A stretch of DNA of 62,877 nt, the filler included. It is 8 parts of 8 records of this genome, joined end to end, with 100 filler letters (N's around TTAATTAATTAA, not from the genome) between each part and the next. Parts side by side here need not be neighbours in the genome. Positions count along the whole stretch, not along the records: positions 32,226 to 39,275 come from SRR7504441_643; positions 39,376 to 43,601 come from SRR7504441_649; positions 43,702 to 51,780 come from SRR7504441_651; 5 more parts are not named here. One strand, given 5' to 3'. Below the pieces are notes generated by a model. It ran no database searches. It was not told the origin of the DNA and was given only the letters and a program-made list of their open reading frames with translations. Each line of letters starts with the position of its first letter. Position 1 is the stretch's first letter. The translations under genes were made by a program, and so were the position numbers. Below are positions 36,521 through 46,700 of the stretch, piece after piece.

Positions 36521-37969
36521 ATGTCCGGGGGGAGGCGGCAGCGGCGCGAGACTCGCCACCCGGCGCACGTGCAGGCACTAGTCAACTCCGGCGCAGAGCT
36601 GCCGTCCTGCTCGACCGTCCCCAGGCCGGTGGCTTTCCAGGTGCACAGCCAGGGCGATCGCGGCTCGTGCTGTGCGCACGGAGTGACCGCGGCGCACGAG
36701 ATCGTCACCGGCCAGCGCTACTGTGCCGAGGACGTGTTTGAGGAGGCTTGGGACGACGAGGGCCGGCGGACGGTCGGCGACCGTTTCAGCGGGGCGCTGG
36801 TCCGCGATTGCGTGCAGCTCTTAGCCTGCCGCGGTCAGCGGCCGGTCGGGCGGGGCGAGGGATACGCGAGACGCCGGTTCGTGCCGGTGAATCCCGGCGA
36901 CGTTCGGGAGACGAAGCTCCGGTTGCTGGGCGGGGCGCCGGTGGTGGCCGGGTTGAACCGTTTTGGAGACTTCTACGAAACCCGGAGCGGCGATCTCACC
37001 CTGGCCTCCACGGCCCTGGATCAGGATCCCGAATGGCACTGCGTAGTGTTGGTCGGGTACACGGACTGCCCGGGGGCGGAGGGCGGTGGCTGGTTCGATT
37101 TGGTTAACTCTTGGGGCACTGGCTGGGGTCGGGAAGGATTCGGCCGGATGTCGTTCAGGCTTTACCAGCAGCATTGCTACGAGGCCTTCGCCCCAGTGAT
37201 GCTGGCCGATACCCCACAAACAAGCGTGTCTGCAGTCCGTCCGATCAAGAGGCTGAAACGTGCAGATTCCAACGCAGCCGTGACACCAGCCAACCATGTG
37301 CGGCGCTCCTGGCGCAATCGCGCGCCGTCGCTGCCAGCTGGTGCTCTCTCGTGGACTTCTGTAAGCCCTCCGCCGTTTGATGACTTCAATGCATGCTGGT
37401 CCTTCCTCGCAGGCCAGTCTGGAGTGCTCCCTGGGCCTAGGGTGCAGACAACGCAAAGCAACTGCGTGCATTTCTCGTGCTGGACTGCCATCGAGTGCCT
37501 GCGCGGCCAGCCGATCCAGAAACCGGCAGCAATCTTCCGGGTGGCTCAGAAGGACGATGGGCTTGCCTTGATCAGCTTCTATGAACAAGACCGCGTGGTT
37601 CGAGCACTCGCAGCACACGGCGTGGCTAAGACAGTCTTAGATGTACGGACAAAGGGCCCGGAAGTGGCGCAGTCGGCGCTTGCTGGCGGGGGGAGAGTGC
37701 TGCTTTTGGGCCTGACGATCAACATGTTCGACCACGACGTGACACATGTGCGTGACCGTCGGGCGAAGCGGGGCGGGCAGTTGTGCATGCTGGCCCACTG
37801 TGTGGCCTGTGTGGGGTACGTGACAGTTGCGTCCAAGTGCTACTTTGTGCTCCGCGACACTCAGCCGGTTGATCTGCTTGGGTTTGGAGATTCAGGCTTA
37901 TCGCTGGTGGCTGTAGAGGCGCTTAGTGGGGAGGGTGCAGAATTGGTGCAGCTAACAGCATGCGAATAG
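36521..37969 (+). CDS. Papain-like (C1A) cysteine peptidase with two tandem catalytic-like domains
   Basis: Domain 1 has SQGDRGSC, WHCVVLVGY and VNSWGTGWGREG. Domain 2 has QTTQSNC, AHCVACVGY and LRDTQ..GFGDSG. Confidence 0.8.
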   Translation: MSGGRRQRRETRHPAHVQALVNSGAELPSCSTVPRPVAFQVHSQGDRGSCCAHGVTAAHEIVTGQRYCAEDVFEEAWDDEGRRTVGDRFSGALVRDCVQLLACRGQRPVGRGEGYARRRFVPVNPGDVRETKLRLLGGAPVVAGLNRFGDFYETRSGDLTLASTALDQDPEWHCVVLVGYTDCPGAEGGGWFDLVNSWGTGWGREGFGRMSFRLYQQHCYEAFAPVMLADTPQTSVSAVRPIKRLKRADSNAAVTPANHVRRSWRNRAPSLPAGALSWTSVSPPPFDDFNACWSFLAGQSGVLPGPRVQTTQSNCVHFSCWTAIECLRGQPIQKPAAIFRVAQKDDGLALISFYEQDRVVRALAAHGVAKTVLDVRTKGPEVAQSALAGGGRVLLLGLTINMFDHDVTHVRDRRAKRGGQLCMLAHCVACVGYVTVASKCYFVLRDTQPVDLLGFGDSGLSLVAVEALSGEGAELVQLTACE

Positions 37970-38256
37970 TCCTCCCCTGCTCTGATTGTATAGGGGCGCG
38001 TCTAGCTATGAATTGTGCGGAAAACTTTAGGCATGTTGGGTAACGTTGGGGTACGTGTACACGAGTTGACGAGTGCTCATGTCGATGAGTACTTACATCT
38101 CACATTCATAGTTACTCAATGCTGAGATGATAATATTTATCTACATGTAGTCATAATTTCATACAGGTACCTACAACTAAGTACTTGATAGTAATTCACT
38201 AACTTACGTACAACAACTAAGCTACCTCAGTACGTCCCTTGAGCATCAAACCCTAA

Positions 38257-39137
38257 TCAAGTCCTACGCTTCTTCTTCTTGGGCGTGTCGCTCTCGCTAT
38301 CCGAGATCTTGGGCTTCCTCAGCTCCAGCTCTTGCATGCGCCGTAGCCTTTTCTTTGACTTCACCGCAGCCTTCGCCCCAGCATCCTCAGCAGCCTCCTC
38401 CGCAGCCTTTGCCACAGCCGCGGCCTCCTTGGCAGCCTCCTCCTTTGCCGCGGCGTCCAGTGCAGCCTTTGCCTTCGCCACCGCGGCAGCCTTTGCCTTC
38501 AGCGCATACTCCTTTGTGGCCTTTGCCATAGTCGCAGCCTCCTCGGCAGCCTTCGCCTTCGCCTCATCAGCCTCTACTTCTTCTGCAACTCTCCTTCGCT
38601 CTGCTTTGGCCCGAACAATCTGTGCACACAACGTGTCAGAGTATCAATTGGGTCAGAGCAGCTTGCACGTCGCACCTTCTTCTTTGCCTGAGCTACCAGC
38701 TCTTCCGCGTCCTTCAAGCACTGCCGCATGCGGTCTCGATCGCCGTCTGCCTTCTCCATATCGTCGAGCAGATCCGCCACCGTCGAGCCCTTGACGATAG
38801 GAATGACATCGTCAGGGTGTGAGGCCTCGCCTGTGGGCCCGGGTCAGTGCTGCAGATGATCACGATGAGCGGATGAGGGATATAGCTGTGCCTACAGGCC
38901 TCTACTGGCGGATTGTGACTGTATGGCGCAGCACACGGGATGAAGCAGATCCGGCATCTGACTGGCGACCAGGGGGTCGGAGGGCCGGAGGGTACCAGCA
39001 GGGGGTGCAGGGAGCGGGACCAGCAACAATAGAGGAGCAGTGGCGCTACCATCCGCGAGGCCATGGAGTTGCTCGATCTTGCGGTCGAACATCTTCCGGA
39101 TGAGTTCGCGTTGGTCCAACTTGCTCACACTGACCAT
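38257..39137 (-). CDS. Hypothetical multi-exon protein with an Ala/Lys/Glu-rich helical C-terminus and basic NLS-like tail
   Basis: ORF fragments can be joined through short introns, e.g. AKKK|IVRAKAE; the protein ends PKKKKRRT. Confidence 0.55.
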
Positions 39138-39275
39138 GTTGCTTCAATTTGTATGTGCTTCCCAGGCAGTTGTGCGCGCCCAGCATCGGAATGTGTCCGA
39201 CTTCACACTTACAACGGAATTGCAACGGTCGAACACAGATCGGACATCAGAGTGGTCCGAGTCCGATGTTGGTCC

Positions 39276-39375
39276 NNNNNNNNNNNNNNNNNNNNNNNNN
39301 NNNNNNNNNNNNNNNNNNNTTAATTAATTAANNNNNNNNNNNNNNNNNNNNNNNNNNNNNNNNNNNNNNNNNNNN
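39276..39375. other. Artificial contig spacer
   Basis: N44-TTAATTAATTAA-N44. Confidence 0.97.
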
Positions 39376-39386
39376 CTACCCTGCCG

Positions 39387-40883
39387 ATGGGGCTGCTCGA
39401 GGAGCTGCTGGCTGACTGCCCGTGGCTGGAGGCGCCCCCGGAGGCGGCGGGCTGGTCGGAGGCCGAAATCCGCCGGTACATTGACTCGGACGGCGCCGCG
39501 CGCCCGGGCGATTGGCTGGAGGCGGCCGGGCGGCTGGCCGAGCTAATGTGCCAGATGCGGGCCGAGGGCCGGCCGGGCTGGCTGGACGGGATGGCCGAGC
39601 TGATGGGCGGTCCGGGGTACGCCGCCGGCTCGCCGTACGCTGGGGCGTGCAGCCCTAGCTACCCGGAACTGGCGCTGGATCTGCAGATGGACGTGAGTGC
39701 GGTGTTCCGGGGGTGGGGAGAGCGCTCGGAGGCGGAGCAGGCGCTGGAGCCGCTGCGGGGCTGCTTCCGGGCGCTGGAGGGCGTGTGCGTGCGGGTAGCC
39801 GGCGGGGGCGAATGGGGGTGGATGGACCGAGTGGACGTGGCGCGGGAGGAGCAGCCCCGCCCGGCCCCGGGGGCCGACTGGCGCTGGCAGCAGAGGATGG
39901 TAGCGCTCCAGAGCCAGGCGGCTCCGAGCGCGGTGCCGGCTGTGATCAAGCTTGTGAGCCTCCCGCTGGCGCTGTACGTCCGGAACACGACACAGCTTTA
40001 TGCTCTACTCGCCACCATGCACGGGCTTCGGCACTGGCGGCCTCACGACGGTGGCCTGCGCGAGAGGCTAGACACAGCCGACGGGCCTAACGGACGTCCG
40101 TGCGCCTGGCTGCTGTTCAGCATCCTTGCCGCGCTGCAGCTGATGAGCAAAGCCCGTGATTCATCCACGCTCGAGCCGCTCTGCTGCAGCCCGCCTCTGT
40201 TCCTGCCAGGCAGAGCCCCGGTATACCAGCCGGCGCCTGCACTCGGTCCCGGGGAAAGGAGCTTCATGTATCGCGGGGTGTGGCTCCCGCGGCACATCGA
40301 CGAGCACCGGCTGGCTCATTCCACCTCGTTTGCCTCTTTCTCACGCCACGTCCGTGGAGTTAGACACGTTCTCGAGTTCTACGCCAACGCCAACGGATCG
40401 GAGCACTCGGCCTGCGCCCAGAGCCATGCGCATGTGCTGCTGCTGGTGTCTCGGGATTGGCACCGCTCGCCCTGGGTGTTCCCTGTGGAGGCTTTCAACA
40501 ACGGGTGTCTTGGCGGGATAGAGCAAGAGCTTCTGGTCCCGCCATTCACCGAATTGCAGTTTGAGACAAGCCTAGAGCTGAGGGTGGAGCGCGGCAAGAC
40601 CGACCGGGCAGAGGTTGAGGGGCGGCTGGCGCAGCTGGCGCTTCCGGAGGAGGAGGGAGGCTGGGGCTGGGCGCCGGATCAGATGATGACCCAGTTGCTG
40701 CAAGCTCAGCCGGTGATTAGGATGGAGGGGCTGAGCGCGGAAGCGCGGCCGCTTGAGCTGCTCACTGTCCGGTTTATCAAGTCATTGGAGCTCGCGGCCC
40801 CCATCGAGGAGTTGCTCTTGGACGAGAGCTCGCCGTTATACGGCTTCGATAGAGGGTCGCATGCCGAAGATGTCACGGCCTAG
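39387..40883 (+). CDS. Putative mono-ADP-ribosyltransferase (R-S-E clade)
   Basis: A helical LALYV....LY...AAL segment is followed by YRG, FASFS and EQELLVPP in the canonical order. Confidence 0.7.
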   Translation: MGLLEELLADCPWLEAPPEAAGWSEAEIRRYIDSDGAARPGDWLEAAGRLAELMCQMRAEGRPGWLDGMAELMGGPGYAAGSPYAGACSPSYPELALDLQMDVSAVFRGWGERSEAEQALEPLRGCFRALEGVCVRVAGGGEWGWMDRVDVAREEQPRPAPGADWRWQQRMVALQSQAAPSAVPAVIKLVSLPLALYVRNTTQLYALLATMHGLRHWRPHDGGLRERLDTADGPNGRPCAWLLFSILAALQLMSKARDSSTLEPLCCSPPLFLPGRAPVYQPAPALGPGERSFMYRGVWLPRHIDEHRLAHSTSFASFSRHVRGVRHVLEFYANANGSEHSACAQSHAHVLLLVSRDWHRSPWVFPVEAFNNGCLGGIEQELLVPPFTELQFETSLELRVERGKTDRAEVEGRLAQLALPEEEGGWGWAPDQMMTQLLQAQPVIRMEGLSAEARPLELLTVRFIKSLELAAPIEELLLDESSPLYGFDRGSHAEDVTA

Positions 40884-41011
40884 TGCTCACACGTGCACGT
40901 GTATACACGTGTATGCTCCGACGTACGTAGTCGTGTACAATCATGATTGTACGTACGTTGTCGCTGGTGTGTCTTCATAAATAATTTTACTAATGAACTC
41001 TTTTGAGTCTC

Positions 41012-42567
41012 TCACTCGGATTTTGTATGTGCACGCTCTTGCATTTGGATCGAACATCGTAGTCCAAAAGCAAGTAACGCCAATGACGCGGTCAGAAGTG
41101 CGATAGTCGCCAAAGAGGTCTCGTGACCCGAGAAGTCGTTGATTCCGTACACCAAGCACCACTTGGTCGCAAGTAGCAAGCCTGCCAATGACAACACGAG
41201 CACCTCCCTCGCGCGCAGCCACCCATTCATCCAATCGATTGGCACTCTGGCACTGGTGTTCACAAAACCCACGCCAAAGTAGCGGATTGCCAGCAGTGTG
41301 ACGAAATGGACTGCATAGGCCCAGAGAATGGTCAGGGCGCGCTGGAAATAAATCATTCTGGTGATGCTGCTCTTCTCCTTGTCCATCATCTGCTTCATTG
41401 TGACGTGGCCCTCGTCCATCAAAGCGAGTTTGAAGCCACGGCTAGTCTCATACGCAGCCAGTGTGCCGTTCGCATCGGCAATGCCTGCAAGCACTGGCAC
41501 ACAGCGGTGAGCCCAGGAAGACATGAGGTCGCACCTGTAACTTGGGAGGGAGCAGACGCTTCAAACCACCCGCGAATGTCACCCGGCTTGCAAGCCTTGA
41601 ACGCCCTGTCCAGCAGATCGCCCAACTGCCAGTCAAACAATGAGCCCTCCAGATACTGCCCGAGCCAGTTGAACGCTGTGCCCTCCATGCTCGGCACGTA
41701 GTCGGAGTAAAAATAGCCGTCTCCCATGTACCGAAAATAACTGTCTCCGCCTTGCCATCCGACCGGCGGCTTCCCGTCCACAGACAGATGCACACCAAGC
41801 GCCGACAACTTCTCCGTTCGCGTAGAGTCTTGCCATCCGAACACGGCCCGCCTGAACGCTCTCCACCACCGTTCCAGGAACCAGTACTCACTCTCAGGCT
41901 TAGGCACGCCGCCATAGGTCCAGCTGAGCGGCCTGAACCCTGTATCAAGGTGGTCCATTACGCTGCCGGTCAGGGTGAAAGCCCCAGCGGAGTACCGCTC
42001 GGCGGTGTCGGTGCGAGCAGGGCGAGGGTCGCGTTGAGGGTTGTAGTGGGCTGCCGGCTGATCGAACAGCAACGAATTGACTCGATGGTACCGCCAGCCC
42101 TTGACGTAGCTGTACTCGCAGATAGTAGAGCAGCTCTGCTCCTCGCCATCCCCACCCCCGCCCGAGCACTCCTGGTGGCAGTTCTCGACCTCCTTCCACT
42201 GGCAGTACTGCGGAGTCCACCGGAGCCTCATCGCGTCAGCAACCTCGAACTCGAACCCGGCAGGCGACAGCGGCCGCCAGGGCCGCAGGTTGTCGCTGTG
42301 GAGTAAGACCAACTTGCCTACGTCCCGCTGGTCCGGTCGAGGTATGGCCGGCGGCCCGTCCCCCGCGAGCGGCACGGCCAGCTCCTCGGCCTCCGCGAAG
42401 GCCTCGAACGTGTCCCTACGGAGGGCCTCGGTTTGGTACAACCAGAAGGGGAAGTAGCACACGCCCGCCACGAGCACAGCGCTGACGAGCACCAGCCCGA
42501 TCAGGTGCCGCCCTCGCACGTCCCAGTCCGACGCGTCTCGCCGCCGGCCCCGCCTCACGACAACCAT
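41012..42567 (-). CDS. TMEM43: TMEM43/LUMA (DUF1625)-like membrane protein; one 41-nt intron at 41494-41534
   Basis: It has an N-terminal TM, YCQWKE, YSYVKGW...VNSLLF....HYNP and PGDIR motifs, and C-terminal TMs that join in frame after splicing (QVT|VLAG). Confidence 0.75.
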
Positions 42568-42667
42568 CGCTGCTCAGTAGGGGCGAGGCGGAGCGCCGCT
42601 TCCGTTGGCCAACAACGAAAACGGCCTGGCTGCACAGCTGGCCTGGCTGGCGGCACCCGGTGGATCT

Positions 42668-43601
42668 ATGCGGCGGCTCTGGGGGCTAACCTGGGCTTTG
42701 TCGCTCTCTATTATGCTGGGCACCGACGGCGCCACGGTCACCACCGGCCTGGGGCGGGTACGCGGCACGCTGCTCCCTGGCGGAGTGGGCCAGTTCCTCG
42801 GGATTCCGTACGCAGAGCCGGCGCGTGCTGCCTCCGCCCCCGAGACTCACAGGGGGTGTGCCAGCCCACCCTCCACCGGCGCTTCAGACCGGCAGCCGCA
42901 GCCAGGCCGTGGCACCCGCGGGAGCTGGATGCCCGGTGGTACGGCGCCCCGTGCGTCCAACCCGGGGATTGGTGGATTCCGTTCTCGGCCAATGCCACCA
43001 AAGAGGACTGCGTATGCCCACCCCCTCAGCACCTGCCTGATACGGATTGGCAGCTCACACTCAACGTCTGGACACCTCACTGGGCCGCCTCAAATCGAAC
43101 TGGCGGCTTGCCCACAGTGCGCGCGCTCGACGTGCCCGGGGTCTCAGCGGTTTAGGTAGATGGTATACGTCCACGGCGGAGCCAATCTGCACGGCACCGG
43201 CTCTCTCCCCCAATAGTGCGCTCTATTCCCCAATACTCCGATCCCAGTGCGTGGGGACAGCAATGGTACCAACTTTGCTCGGCTGGGCGTTGTGCTCGTG
43301 ACTCTCAACTATCGGTGAGCCACCGTCAGACCCGAGTGACCAGTGTACGCAGCCTAGGGCCCTTCGGGCAGCTGGCCCTATCAGAGCTCGCCGACGAAGA
43401 CCCAGAGTTCCCGTCGACCGGAGGGAGCAACTTCCTCACCGATATAATCCAGGCATTGAGCTTCGTTAGAGAGAACGCAGCTTCGTTTGGGGGCGATCCA
43501 CAGAGAGTCACGCTATTCGGTGCGCCTTGCTCAATTGGCCGTGCTGTGAGTGGAATTTCTGCAGGTGAGAGCGCGGGTGGGCTTGCTGTTTGCAGCTTGA
43601 T
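42668..43601 (+). CDS. Type-B carboxylesterase (3'-truncated, multi-exon)
   Basis: Signal peptide, FLGIPYAEP|P, EDC|LTLNVWTP, VYVHGG, NYR|LG and FGGDPQRVTLFG|ESAGG. Confidence 0.92.
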
Positions 43602-43701
43602 NNNNNNNNNNNNNNNNNNNNNNNNNNNNNNNNNNNNNNNNNNNNTTAATTAATTAANNNNNNNNNNNNNNNNNNNNNNNNNNNNNNNNNNNNNNNNNNN
43701 N
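43602..43701. other. Artificial contig spacer
   Basis: N44-TTAATTAATTAA-N44. Confidence 0.97.
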
Positions 43702-43716
43702 CCCTTCCTAATTTAA

Positions 43717-46700
43717 TTAGGGGAAAACCCAGCGTCCGGAGGCCACCTGCGAGTTCCTGTCGAGCAATATCACACCACTGCTGCTCAGCTCCTCCTGCGA
43801 CAGCTGCGGCGGCACCCCCGGTGCGGATGACAAGGATGACCTTCGATCTGACTGGATCGAAGCTCGCGAGCCAGCCAGCTGCTCCGTATCCGTATCCGAC
43901 CGGTTAGAGTTGATGTAAAGCACGTCACTTGCGTTCCGGATCTGCTCCTCTTCGTAGGTATCATTCCCGAGCGCCCCTCCGAGGTGGTGATCTATGCACT
44001 GCCGAAGCCGGTTGTGCGCCTGCTGCTCCCTGGTCTTGCTCGAGCTCGACAAGTTTCCGTCTTGTATAGACATGTCTATTACCCGCTGGCATCTGTACAT
44101 TGCAGCCCAGTCCCGTCGTATCTCTCTTGGTGCCCTGAACACCATACACAGCGATATCAAGTAACGCTCGCCGCCAAACAAGAGCTTCTGCTCGTGAGCC
44201 TTGGCCATTGTGCTCCCGGCCCGCCACGCAAACTCGACCGCCACGCTGCCATCAGGGCTGGAGCTCTCAGTGAAGGTACCGTCCAGCAGCCGCTTGGACA
44301 ATTCGACTCCGAACTCGTGGAAGAGAGAATCGTGCGGCTGGCCATCGAGCGCGTTCCGCGAGAGCGAAAAGTGGTGCAGATAGCTCTGGTTTTTGAAGTA
44401 GAAACAGTTATTGAACATGTCTTCCACACGACCCAGCAGCCCGTCAAACCAGCGCAGCATCGGCTCATGCTCTGTCGAGGCCAGAGCTGCCTCGAATCGG
44501 CCCTCGGCGATACTGCGCTCGCTTTCGAGCAAACCGGCCGCCAGCATCATTTGTTCGATGCAGTCGTCGCGCACATCATCCAGCATCTGCTCGTACAACT
44601 CCCAGCCTTTCACAGAATCGCAGCACAGACTTCCGAGCAGGTTCACACTTGTGTCCTTCCGCTTGCGAGTGTCCGTCTCTGCGAGCCGCTGGTGTGCCTG
44701 CAGCAACTTCCAGTCAGCACACTCAGGCCTGTAGCCACCGTGCAAAACTGACTATACGGCACAGGGTTGCCGGGCTGCCAGAACTCAGCTCGGTTGTCCC
44801 AACGCTCAGGGTCGAGGAGCTCGCCCTGCTGCGGGTCATTGCACTTGGTTAGATGTGCCTCGCGCAGCCGTTCAAGCCTGCCCCCGTCTTGAGCGCATCC
44901 CGGGCCGCACGCACCAGTCTTGGACGGCCTCGGAACTGAGCTCACCCGATTTGTCGCCGGCTTTGTTGCCGACGGCCTGGGGGCCTTCAGAGATGCAAGT
45001 GTACACTACCTCGTAGAACGCACGGCCCTGCACCGGTCTCAATCAAAGATCGGATTGATCGGGTCACCTTGAGAAGCAGATAGGCCTCTCTGAGCACAGC
45101 AGCTCCGAGGTGCGGCTCACAGTCTTTGCCCTTGAACGCCCGCACTCCGTTCCTCTCCTCCCACTTTCCAACCGGCCCAAACACGATCTTGCCGCTCGAG
45201 TCGCGCTCAACAAACTGGTCGACCGGCTCAAAGATGATCGTGCAGCCAGTCTTGAGCCCTTCAATGATCTTCATGCAGCTTTGCAACAGCTGCAGGAACG
45301 CCTTGTTCGCATTCGCCGCTGTGAGCGGATCTTCGCGTGCCGCCTCAAGCATGGTATCCAGGAAGAGCCGGAAGGCGATGGTATCGCTCTGCGCTTCTTT
45401 GAACTTGTCAAACCTACATAAACTCAGCCAAAACCGGCCGCTCGGCTGGTCTATACTGTACTATACTGTACTGTGCACCGGGTCTTGCACGAGGCAAACC
45501 AGTTGGCGAACAGCTCACGGTCGTAGAATTCGAGCAGTACAGCCATCCCATACACGACCTGGCCTCACTCAGCACTAGCTAGCTCCGACCAGACCGGCGC
45601 ATTGAGCTGATCATAAAAGCAGCTGGCCTTCTTCTGGCTGGCGTCTTCGTCGTTGACGTGCCACGCGTCCGGGTCGCACAGCTGCTGCCACGCGTTGTAC
45701 ATCTGCTTCACTGTCCGGTGCAGCTCGTACACTGACTTGCCGGGCGCGATTTCTCCGAATATCTCAATCCACTGTGCCTCGCTTATGATCTCCACCACGC
45801 TCACCACATTCCGACTCTCGACGTACTGACCGGACTGGAAGGTCTGGCCGGCCGGGGCGCACGGCAGCGCATGGTACTGAAATATCAGTTTGAACCCCTG
45901 GTGCAACTCCCTGATCCCTTCGGCGATCATGTGCCGAAAGACCTGCTCCTTGATCCGGTCGACTGTCTTTTTGTACCCCGGCTCGCGCGGCTGCCTGAGC
46001 AACGGGCTTGCCTCGTTGGGCAAGTGCCGCGTCTCCCAGAGAGCTTTGGCGTCCGGCACCAGGAACGTCGAGCATGGGAGAGCCTGAAGCAGCCACTCCT
46101 CTCCGGCCTGGTCCTGCGCGCCCACCCCGATCTCGTGCAGCTGCTTGCCGCCCTCCTCCAGCACCAGCTCCATCCCCGTCACCCCGTGCAGCGCGAAAGA
46201 GGCCAGTTCGTCCATCCGAGCAGACGTGTACGCCGAGAACGTAACCGCCAGGCAGAAATGCCCCTCGAACGCCTCCCTCTCAAGGTTGAGCAGCACACTG
46301 ATAGCCTCCTCCTCGAAGATCGACGCAAACAGCGGCCTCCGGTCAGAGCTGATCGGGCCGTTGCTGTCCTCTTTCGCTGAAGGCTCGACACAGCAGCCGT
46401 TTGGCGCCCACATACAGCCAATCAGGCACTGGGTCCTGAGCGCCTTTGGGTACAAGTCCGAATCGAGCAAATGTTCCAGCTGGTGCGCCACGAACATCCT
46501 CTTGGCTGTGAGCGGCGAGTTTGAGTCTGCTTGCATAGTGAGTAGCGCTCTGCAGGTGGTAAGCTCCTTGATGGCGCCGTTGCGCTTCTCCTTCAGAAAG
46601 TTCTGCTCCCAACGCAGCACGCCGTACTCGAGCACGTGCCTCTTAAAAAACGCGATCAGCTCCCAGGTGCTGTAAAGCCGGTCAGGTCCGGCACCAAACT

